A program made the translations under genes and the position numbers. The notes under the pieces were generated by a model. That model had not been told where the DNA came from, did no database searches, and worked only from the letters and a program-made list of their open reading frames with translations. This document shows positions 1 through 8,096 of a DNA stretch of 64,000 nt, in pieces (position 1 is the first letter of the stretch; each line of letters starts with the position of its first letter). The stretch is taken from IMG/VR virus record IMGVR_UViG_3300023179_000037, positions 1 to 64,000 of that record. One strand, given 5' to 3'. The stretch comes from a virus.

Positions 1-19
1 TACGTTGGTTCATTTTTTC

Positions 20-48
20 TTGACCTATATATAAAAAGATGTTAAACT
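20..48 (+). promoter_or_regulatory. sigma70-type promoter upstream of dpdA
   Basis: TTGACC(20-25), 17-nt spacer, TAAACT(43-48). Confidence 0.5.
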
Positions 49-50
49 TA

Positions 51-113
51 GACTGGGACAGCAAGAACTTGACCTCTTGTTGGGAATTGCTCGAACAATT
101 CCCTAACCAGCCA
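51..113 (+). ncRNA. structured leader RNA (three-way junction) upstream of dpdA
   Basis: Hairpins CAGCAAGA/TCTTGTTG and GGGAATTG/CAATTCCC, closed by CTGG/CCAG; GC-rich in an AT-rich context. Confidence 0.45.
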
Positions 114-142
114 TTATTATTTATAAACAAACGGTTTTTGTA

Positions 143-1438
143 ATGCAAAAGAAACAAAAAATCTTCGAGTACACAATTTCTGGCCCGGCATATATTCGCC
201 TTGGTGCAGAACAATGCAATGATCCAGAGACTCTTGATATGATTAAAAATCTTATTTTAAAAACATGTCATAACCAAAACAACCATACCTTTTCTTTACT
301 ATATAATGGATTTACTGAAAAGAATTTTGGTGCCAAATTACAAAAGTATCGACCAGCTATTAAGCAAATTCATGCAGACTCAGGTGGGCTACAAATTATT
401 ACTAGAGGATTGCAAAATACTCCAGAAGTAAGAGATAAGGTTTATACTAATCAAGGAACATACGCAGATATAGGTATGGCATTTGATGAAATTCCTGTCA
501 AAGCAACTCAAGACGGTAGATCATCCAAAATTGATACGAAGCGTAGATTTTTCGATAAAGAAAATTTTGATACTTATGCAACACAAACAGGCAAGAATGT
601 TAGGGCACAGATTGAAAAGTTTGCAGAATTAAAATCCAACTGTAAACCTTTTGTAATTATACATGGCGCTTCCCATCAAACTTATCAACAATGGGCGGAA
701 ACGATTCTAAGAGAAGTTTCACAACCATTGCATCATAGAATAGGGGGCGTGGCGATGGGATCTGCTGCTCTGGGGATGGGGCAATTGGAAGATGTAAAAA
801 GAGCATACTATGTTACATTGATGCCTTTTTCTAAACCTTTTCATCTGCATATTTTGGGGGTAGGTGCACTTAGACGCATGCTTCCTTATTTACTTTTCAG
901 TCAAACGGGTTTGTATGATGGAATTGATATTTCTTATGATTCCACTACTCATTCTATGTCTCTTGATAATGGGTTATTCTACTTCTCACATTATAAGAAG
1001 TCACCAGGATCTGCCTATGGAGGCACTTCAGTGAAGATGGGAAGAGAATACTCTAACATCTATAGAACAGTTACAGAAGAAATCAATTCGGTATGCGAGA
1101 CAGAATACACACCCGAAGAATATCATAAATTAATGAACAAACAAGTTACTGCATATTTAGATGAAGGCGGCAAATTTATTGACATTATGCGAGCAAGACT
1201 GGCATTTATTTTAACTAATATTCATAATTTTACTAAAGACGTATCAGAGCTGACACAATCTAAAGAACAATTTCTAAAATTTGCAAGAAATAAAGATTGT
1301 GAAAATGAATATGCAGCACTATTTGATGTTAAAAATTTAGATGATTTTCTACATTGGGAAAAGCATATTGGAAGATATATGGACTCGGAATCGGTAGTTG
1401 ATAAACCACCTTCATCACTAGAGGATTTATTTACATGA
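143..1438 (+). CDS. dpdA: TGT-fold 7-deazaguanine DNA transglycosylase (DpdA-like)
   Basis: TGT motifs ADSGGLQ, FDEIP, HILGVG, SYDSTTH; clustered with QueD-family genes. Confidence 0.8.
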   Translation: MQKKQKIFEYTISGPAYIRLGAEQCNDPETLDMIKNLILKTCHNQNNHTFSLLYNGFTEKNFGAKLQKYRPAIKQIHADSGGLQIITRGLQNTPEVRDKVYTNQGTYADIGMAFDEIPVKATQDGRSSKIDTKRRFFDKENFDTYATQTGKNVRAQIEKFAELKSNCKPFVIIHGASHQTYQQWAETILREVSQPLHHRIGGVAMGSAALGMGQLEDVKRAYYVTLMPFSKPFHLHILGVGALRRMLPYLLFSQTGLYDGIDISYDSTTHSMSLDNGLFYFSHYKKSPGSAYGGTSVKMGREYSNIYRTVTEEINSVCETEYTPEEYHKLMNKQVTAYLDEGGKFIDIMRARLAFILTNIHNFTKDVSELTQSKEQFLKFARNKDCENEYAALFDVKNLDDFLHWEKHIGRYMDSESVVDKPPSSLEDLFT

Positions 1439-1815
1439 TTATCAAACAAGACATTAGACCTCGTACAGAAACATTTATTAAGATTCGTACAGAATTTGAA
1501 GGTTACCATAGATATCCTATTGCTAGCCAAATTGATTCTCGTATCGCATTTCTTGAAAATGAACATAGACATATGTTTAAAGTCGAGGTCAAGATTTCTG
1601 TATCACATCTTGATAGGGAATTGGAATTCTTTTTAGTTAAATGGGCATTACAAGATTTTATTAAAGGTGGTAATATGAATCACAAATCATGTGAGATGAT
1701 TGCTACAGATATTCTTGAACAACATCTTATTCCGAAATATGGCGAAAGATATTATGAAATTATTGTGTCCGAAGACGGCGAGTCTGATGGTATTGTTGAA
1801 TATTTTCCGGGTTAA
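1435..1815 (+). CDS. dpdL: QueD-like T-fold protein, probable CDG decarboxylase (DpdL-type)
   Basis: LENEHRHMF fits the LxxxHRHxF signature I recall for DpdL; SCEMIA and VSEDGE T-fold C-terminal motifs; overlaps the dpdA stop. Confidence 0.6.
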   Translation: MIIKQDIRPRTETFIKIRTEFEGYHRYPIASQIDSRIAFLENEHRHMFKVEVKISVSHLDRELEFFLVKWALQDFIKGGNMNHKSCEMIATDILEQHLIPKYGERYYEIIVSEDGESDGIVEYFPG

Positions 1816-1817
1816 TT

Positions 1818-2990
1818 ATGCGTAAATTGTGGTATTGCGGACTAGAGCCGTATGAGGGCAGATATACTTTACAGCTTCAGCAATGGAGCGAAGCTGTATT
1901 TAAGCGCAGGGGTATTGATTATGAGGTAATTCATGGTGAACTACTAGATACATCTAAATCTATTGTGACGGGTCAAGTACTTGATGCACATGGCCGTAGT
2001 TATTATTCTTTGACTCAAATGGCCAAACTTGTAGCAAAGATGAAGGCGGGTGAAGTAACTTGGGAAGATACTATTTTCTTTGAGGATATGTTTACCCCCG
2101 GTATGGAAGCTTTGCCTTATATTATGGATCAGACAACAACAGATTATAGACCTCAGGTGTGGGTAAGATGTTTAGCGCAGACAATAGATCCAGATGATTT
2201 TCTTCATGTATGGGATATGCAAGATTGGATGCGACATTATGAGCATATGATAAATCATTTTGTGACTGGTGTATTAGCATCTAATGAAGAAATGGTGGCA
2301 CATATGAAAATTGCCGGTTGGAATGTTCCAACCTACAATATTTCTGGTCTTGCATTTAGTAAAGAAGAAGTGCAATCTCGAGTGCCTTATAGAAAAAAGT
2401 TTTACGATAGACAGAGGCGAGTGTGTTTTGCTGCTAGATTTGACCAAGAAAAACAACCTGGATTTTATATGGACATGGTTGAAAAAATAAAACCATATCA
2501 TGACATTGAATTTTGTGTTTTGTCGGGCGGACCACTACGCAGTAATGATCCCAATTATTTGGAGAGAGCACGTGAATTAGAAAATAAAGGTATTCTAAAG
2601 ATATATGAAAATTTATCTAAAAATGAATACTATAATATTTTGGCAGATTCAAGAATTTTATTTAACTGCGCCCTACAGGATTGGGTTTCTAATACTGCTT
2701 CAGAAGCTGACGCCCTTGGAACAAATTGCTTATATCCTGCTTATCGATCTTTTCCCGAGACATTTGCCAATGATGAAGAATGTTTGTATGTGCCTTGGTC
2801 AACAAAGGATGCTGAAACTAAGCTATTGTGGTTAATGAATAATCCGAGAACTGGACTAGGCAGATTATCAAATTGGACAAATGAAACTATAGATCGTTGT
2901 TTAGATATCATGGAGGATGGTTTTGCTAGTGAAAAATGGTATAGGGGAAACAATAGGTATAGAAATTATGTCTCAGAATCTAAATACTAA
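1818..2990 (+). CDS. GT-B fold glycosyltransferase
   Basis: FAARFDQEKQP and ALQDWVSNTASEADALG (GT4-like donor-binding region), YPAYRSFPE. Confidence 0.75.
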   Translation: MRKLWYCGLEPYEGRYTLQLQQWSEAVFKRRGIDYEVIHGELLDTSKSIVTGQVLDAHGRSYYSLTQMAKLVAKMKAGEVTWEDTIFFEDMFTPGMEALPYIMDQTTTDYRPQVWVRCLAQTIDPDDFLHVWDMQDWMRHYEHMINHFVTGVLASNEEMVAHMKIAGWNVPTYNISGLAFSKEEVQSRVPYRKKFYDRQRRVCFAARFDQEKQPGFYMDMVEKIKPYHDIEFCVLSGGPLRSNDPNYLERARELENKGILKIYENLSKNEYYNILADSRILFNCALQDWVSNTASEADALGTNCLYPAYRSFPETFANDEECLYVPWSTKDAETKLLWLMNNPRTGLGRLSNWTNETIDRCLDIMEDGFASEKWYRGNNRYRNYVSESKY

Positions 2991-3984
2991 AAATATTCTA
3001 GTTACTGGTGCTGCTGGTTATATTGGTGGCATTACTTGTATCGAGTTAAAAAGAAGAGGATACAATGTCTTTGGAGTGGATAGAAGATTTTTTGATCATT
3101 TAAAAGATTACTATGATGATTTTTATCATGGAGATTTTACTGACAATGAATCTTTTTTACTTATAAAGAAAGTAAATCCTGTTGCAATAATTCATTGTGC
3201 AGGAACAAGTTTAGTTGCTCCTAGTTTTATCTCTCCGGGGGATTATTTTAATAATAACGTAGCTAAAACAAATAAATTATTAAACTTTATTAAAGATGAA
3301 ATTCCTTCTACTAAATTTATTTTTAGTAGCAGTGCTGCTGTGTATGGTAATTGGTCTACATATCCTTATCGAGAATATAGTGACACAATACCTGTGTCAC
3401 CTTACGGTGAATCTAAGCTAATGGCGGAAAAGATATTATCATGGTATCATCAAGTATATAATTTAAATTATGTATCCTTAAGATATTTTAATGCATGCGG
3501 TGCAGATTATGATGCTGCTCATGGGCAAGAACCTTATGCTACACATATATTTGCTAAATTATTTGAAGCAGCATTAAATGATACAGTATTTACATTAAAT
3601 GGCGCAACTTATCGAACTAATGATAATACTTGTGTACGAGATTATGTTCATGTTTCAGATATAGCGGATGCTCATATTAAAAGTATTGAAAATAAAATCA
3701 CAGGCATATATAATTTAGCTACCTTAAGAGGCACATCAAATCTCGAATGTTTAGATTATGTAGAAAAGCTTTTAGATAAGAAAATTGTGGTAAATGTAGC
3801 TCCAGCAAGAAAAGGCGACCCTGCTATTCTTGTAGCTGATCCAACTAAGTTCCAAGTAGTAACAGGATGGAGAGCATGGCGAACTATTCCATTAGTGGTA
3901 AGCCATTTACAGAAATGGTATGAATCTTCTATATTTAAAAACTATAGTAATAAGCGGTCTCAGGACGCTCATCCCGCTTTATAA
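2968..3984 (+). CDS. galE: UDP-glucose 4-epimerase (GalE-like SDR)
   Basis: VTGAAGYIG, SSSAAVYG, YGESK, LRYFNACGA, CVRDYVHV; ATG at 2968 preferred. Confidence 0.85.
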   Translation: MSQNLNTKNILVTGAAGYIGGITCIELKRRGYNVFGVDRRFFDHLKDYYDDFYHGDFTDNESFLLIKKVNPVAIIHCAGTSLVAPSFISPGDYFNNNVAKTNKLLNFIKDEIPSTKFIFSSSAAVYGNWSTYPYREYSDTIPVSPYGESKLMAEKILSWYHQVYNLNYVSLRYFNACGADYDAAHGQEPYATHIFAKLFEAALNDTVFTLNGATYRTNDNTCVRDYVHVSDIADAHIKSIENKITGIYNLATLRGTSNLECLDYVEKLLDKKIVVNVAPARKGDPAILVADPTKFQVVTGWRAWRTIPLVVSHLQKWYESSIFKNYSNKRSQDAHPAL

Positions 3985-3996
3985 ATTCTGCGTGTC
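3952..3996 (+). promoter_or_regulatory. preQ1-I-like riboswitch aptamer (H-type pseudoknot)
   Basis: P1 AAGCGG/CCGCTT, loop ending CATC, A-rich tail, loop CAG pairing with tail CTG; directly upstream of queD. Confidence 0.55.
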
Positions 3997-4022
3997 ATCA
4001 AACTTACTCAAGGAGGCAAGAG

Positions 4023-4094
4023 ATGGCTTATACGTATACAGTATATCATAATAAATTTGTTAGTACGACGGAACATCATGATGTTTTATGTTAA
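4023..4094 (+). CDS. 23-aa leader ORF upstream of queD (MAYTYTVYHNKFVSTTEHHDVLC)
   Basis: Strong SD AGGAGG; in frame with queD; its stop overlaps the queD SD. Confidence 0.45.
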   Translation: MAYTYTVYHNKFVSTTEHHDVLC

Positions 4095-4103
4095 GGATTA
4101 ATT

Positions 4104-4613
4104 ATGACATTCCAACCAATAGTATACAAATTTACAAGTACAAAAGAATATGTTGATGAATTTCCATGTGCCTACAAACAATGGAAAGCTGACACTCACT
4201 GTAACAGAAATCACGGTTATAGCTTTTCAATGAAGTTTTATTTTGGGGCTAACGAATTAGATAAGCGGGGCTGGGTTTGTGATTACGGCGGTCTTAAAGA
4301 ATTAAAGCAAATTCTTAAAGATCAATTTGACCACCGCACTTTAATTGCTCAGGATGATCCGGATCTTGAAAAGTTTAAACAACTTGAGCAGGACGGCATC
4401 TTACAACTTACCATACTACCGGGCATGGGCTGCGAAATGATTGCCGATATGCTTTACAAATATGTAAATGGAGTTTATATTCCGCAGTACCTCGGAGAAG
4501 GCGAAGCCAAACGAATTTGGTGCTACAGAGTTGAAGTCCGAGAAACCCAGTCTAATATGGCTTTTAGAGAAGGCCACCGAGAGTGGAACGAGGACTTATT
4601 TGTAGATTTTTAG
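4104..4613 (+). CDS. queD: 6-carboxy-5,6,7,8-tetrahydropterin synthase (QueD-like)
   Basis: HCNRNHGY (CxxxHGx), DYGGLK, FDH, GCEMIA, VRET motifs. Confidence 0.85.
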   Translation: MTFQPIVYKFTSTKEYVDEFPCAYKQWKADTHCNRNHGYSFSMKFYFGANELDKRGWVCDYGGLKELKQILKDQFDHRTLIAQDDPDLEKFKQLEQDGILQLTILPGMGCEMIADMLYKYVNGVYIPQYLGEGEAKRIWCYRVEVRETQSNMAFREGHREWNEDLFVDF

Positions 4614-4692
4614 TAAATCGACATAAATAAACACAAAACAATATGATTTTTAGAGAAAACCGCAGTCACCGGCATAAGGATTTATTCCAGTT

Positions 4693-5739
4693 ATGAAAAT
4701 TTGTTTACTCGGTGATACACATTTTGGAGTTAGATCCGATTCTAAAATTTTTCATAAATATTTTCTATATTTCTATGAAAAAATATTTTTTCCTTATCTA
4801 GAGGAAAATAACATCAATACAATTATTCAATTAGGCGATTTATTTGATAGAAGAAAGTATATAAATTTTCTTACACTATCTGAGTCTAAAAAATATTTCT
4901 TTGATATAATTAAAAATAAAAATATAAAAACAATTGCTTTATTGGGCAATCATGATATTTTCTGGAAGGAAAGTTTATCAGTAAATTCTCCTGATTTATT
5001 ACTTGAAAATTATGAGACATTGTCCATTATTAAATCTCCAAAAACTTTAGAATTAAATATACCCATAGATATTATACCCTGGATATGTAAAGAAAATGAG
5101 GAGGAAGTTTTAGATTTCATAAAAAATTCCAATTCAAAAATTTGTATGGGACATTTTGAACTATCTGGATTTGAAATGATGCGAGGAGTTCCTAATCATG
5201 ATGGTATAGACAGTAAATTTTTAAATAAGTATGAGCGTGTTTATAGTGGTCATTTTCATACAGCATCTTCTAAAGGAAATATCACATATTTGGGTACTCC
5301 TTATGAATTGACGTGGTCAGATTATAATGACCCTAAAGGATTTTATATTCTTGATACTGATACATTGAAACTAGAATTTATTAAAAATCCTATTACAATG
5401 TTTGAAAAAATATATTACGATGACATTAAAAACGATATAATAGATACAAACAAATACGAAGATAAATTTATTAAACTGATTGTAGTAAATAAAACTGATT
5501 TTAAAAAGTTTGATTCTTTTGTTGATAATCTTTATAAAATTAATCCGAACGAAATAAAAATATTAGAAGATCTTTCTGAATTCGAATCTTCAGATATGGA
5601 GGAAAATCTAAATTTAGAAGATACGATGACACTCTTATCCGATTACGTAGATGGTATTGAAACTGATGCGAATAAAGATAGAATAAAATTATTATTGAAA
5701 GAGCTATATGTAGAAGCTCACGATTACGAGGAAACATGA
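4693..5739 (+). CDS. 47: recombination nuclease subunit gp47 (Mre11/SbcD-like)
   Basis: GDTHFG, LGDLFD, GNHD, GHFH metallophosphoesterase motifs; followed by gp46. Confidence 0.92.
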   Translation: MKICLLGDTHFGVRSDSKIFHKYFLYFYEKIFFPYLEENNINTIIQLGDLFDRRKYINFLTLSESKKYFFDIIKNKNIKTIALLGNHDIFWKESLSVNSPDLLLENYETLSIIKSPKTLELNIPIDIIPWICKENEEEVLDFIKNSNSKICMGHFELSGFEMMRGVPNHDGIDSKFLNKYERVYSGHFHTASSKGNITYLGTPYELTWSDYNDPKGFYILDTDTLKLEFIKNPITMFEKIYYDDIKNDIIDTNKYEDKFIKLIVVNKTDFKKFDSFVDNLYKINPNEIKILEDLSEFESSDMEENLNLEDTMTLLSDYVDGIETDANKDRIKLLLKELYVEAHDYEET

Positions 5740-7448
5740 TTTATTTTCAAAAGATTAAGTGGCGTAACTTTTTATCTACAGGAAATAATTTTACAGTAAT
5801 AGAATTAGACAGAAATCCCTCGACTTTAATTATAGGCGAAAATGGTGCCGGGAAGAGCACCATTCTTGATGCTATTTGTTATGGATTATTTGGAAAAGCA
5901 TTTAGAAATATAAACAAACCGCAATTAGTTAATTCAATAAATCAAAAGAATTGTTCTGTAGAATTAGAATTTCGTATAGGCAAAAAAGAATATAGAATAA
6001 TACGAAGTCAGCGTCCAGGTGTATTTGAGATATATCAAGATGGGAATTTACTAAATCAAGATGCTGCATTAAAGGATTATCAAAAATATCTTGAAGATAA
6101 AATATTAAAATTAAATTTTAAATCGTTTACTCAAATTGTAATATTAGGTTCAGCTTCTTTTACTCCTTTTATGCAATTAGCACAGGGCACTAGAAGAGAG
6201 GTGATTGAGGATATTCTTGATATACAAATTTTTAGTGTTATGAATAATATTCTCAAATTGAGACAAAGTGAAATAAGAGATATTTTACGAGAAAAAGAAA
6301 ACAAAATAGATATAGGTAAACAAAAAGTAAAGTTGCAACAGAATTATATTAAACAACTTGAAGATGATCAAAAGAAAAGAAATGATGACCTCCAGGCAAA
6401 AATCGAAATCGCTAGTGAAAATATCAAGAATTTTGAATTGCAGAGTAGAAGCTTTACAGAAGAATACGATACACTCTCAAACTCAGTTAAAGATGATATG
6501 GAGATCGCTACCAGAAAAGTTGAAGTGGCAAATCTTTATAAATCATTACAAGCACGAATTAAGAAAGTTGAAAGTGATATCATATTCTACGAAGAACATG
6601 ACTCATGCCCGACTTGTTCTCAAATTATATCTACAGAATTTAAAACAACAACAATCGGTAAACATACACACAAAAAAGAAGAAATCGGTGATGCAATTGA
6701 TACGCTCTACAACAAAATGCAAGCAATTGAAGCTAGAGCTAATGAAATCATTGAAATTAAACAACAAATTGTTGCCGTACAAACTAATATCACGGAAATA
6801 AATGCAAAAATTATTGCTCAACAAAATTATATAAAGGCGCTACAAGCAGATACAAAAGAAGAAAGTAATATAGAAGATAGTTTAGTCAATGCAAAGCTTA
6901 CTCTTAAGCATCTTGCCAAAGAAGTTATAACCGAGTCAGAAAGTAAAAGTAAATTAAAAGAAGATTCATATTATTTTGATGCTGTATCTACCTTACTAAA
7001 AGATACCGGAATAAAGACTAGAATTATAAAACAGTATCTTCCTGTCATAAATAAATTAGTAAATAAGTATTTGACTGCGATGGATTTTTTTGTATCATTT
7101 GAATTAGACGAAGCTTTTAACGAAGTAATAAAATCTAGACATAGAGACGATTTTAGCTACGCATCCTTTAGTGAGGGCGAAAAACAAAGAATAGATTTAG
7201 CATTGTTATTTACTTGGAGAACTATCGCTAAGATGAAAAATAGTGTTTCTACTAATTTATTGTTATTAGATGAAGTATTTGATTCTAGCTTAGATATTAA
7301 TGGAACAGATTTTGTTATGAATTTACTTAATACCATAGGTGAGGATGTAAATGTATTTGTAATATCTCATAAAGGAGATCAATTATTAGATAAATTTAGT
7401 AATGTTATAAAGTTTGAAAAATATCAAAATTTTTCTAGGATAGTATAA
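5736..7448 (+). CDS. 46: recombination ATPase subunit gp46 (Rad50/SbcC-like)
   Basis: GENGAGKS, CPTC zinc hook, FSEGEK signature, LLLLDE. Confidence 0.95.
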   Translation: MIYFQKIKWRNFLSTGNNFTVIELDRNPSTLIIGENGAGKSTILDAICYGLFGKAFRNINKPQLVNSINQKNCSVELEFRIGKKEYRIIRSQRPGVFEIYQDGNLLNQDAALKDYQKYLEDKILKLNFKSFTQIVILGSASFTPFMQLAQGTRREVIEDILDIQIFSVMNNILKLRQSEIRDILREKENKIDIGKQKVKLQQNYIKQLEDDQKKRNDDLQAKIEIASENIKNFELQSRSFTEEYDTLSNSVKDDMEIATRKVEVANLYKSLQARIKKVESDIIFYEEHDSCPTCSQIISTEFKTTTIGKHTHKKEEIGDAIDTLYNKMQAIEARANEIIEIKQQIVAVQTNITEINAKIIAQQNYIKALQADTKEESNIEDSLVNAKLTLKHLAKEVITESESKSKLKEDSYYFDAVSTLLKDTGIKTRIIKQYLPVINKLVNKYLTAMDFFVSFELDEAFNEVIKSRHRDDFSYASFSEGEKQRIDLALLFTWRTIAKMKNSVSTNLLLLDEVFDSSLDINGTDFVMNLLNTIGEDVNVFVISHKGDQLLDKFSNVIKFEKYQNFSRIV

Positions 7449-8032
7449 TGATTATTATTCGCAAAGATCAATTAAATTTAGTAGAACCTAATAATACTAT
7501 TTTAAACTCTTCCCCTGCTTTATATGATTTTGAAAAAAATAAAAGTAGCGCTTTAGCTATATCTAATGTTTTATTTGAAAGAATGAAGGAATTGGGGGGT
7601 ATCGGACTTAGTGCAAACCAAGTAGGCATAAATTTGAAAATATTTGTAATGGGAACCGATCATAATAAATTGGCAGTTTTTAATCCTGAAATCATTGAAT
7701 ATTTTGGTGAGGAAATTTCTTTTAAAGAAGGATGTTTGAGTTTTCCTGGGTTATTCATTTTCGTAAAAAGACCTGCAGGTATACGAGTTAAATTTCAAGA
7801 TATAGAGGGAAATTTAAAGGAGGGGGAATTTACTGGTTTAACTGCCAGAATTTTTCAACATGAGTATGATCATATGCAGGGAAAAGATTTTACAGAAAGA
7901 GTTTCAAAAATCAAGTTAGATCTTGCAAAAAAGAAATATCTTAATTTAAAAAAGAAAATAATTAAAAAACACGCAGTACAAACTATGATTGGTGCTTTAA
8001 ATGAATCAGAAAATTTAAATTTGCAAAAATAA
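7448..8032 (+). CDS. def: peptide deformylase
   Basis: GIGLSANQVG, EGCLS, QHEYDH. Confidence 0.93.
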   Translation: MIIIRKDQLNLVEPNNTILNSSPALYDFEKNKSSALAISNVLFERMKELGGIGLSANQVGINLKIFVMGTDHNKLAVFNPEIIEYFGEEISFKEGCLSFPGLFIFVKRPAGIRVKFQDIEGNLKEGEFTGLTARIFQHEYDHMQGKDFTERVSKIKLDLAKKKYLNLKKKIIKKHAVQTMIGALNESENLNLQK

Positions 8033-8044
8033 GCTTATTTAGTA

Positions 8045-8073
8045 TTGACATATATTACATTTGACTATATAAT
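8045..8073 (+). promoter_or_regulatory. sigma70 consensus early promoter
   Basis: TTGACA-17-TATAAT. Confidence 0.85.
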
Positions 8074-8096
8074 AAAAATATAGTGAAGGAGAGTAT

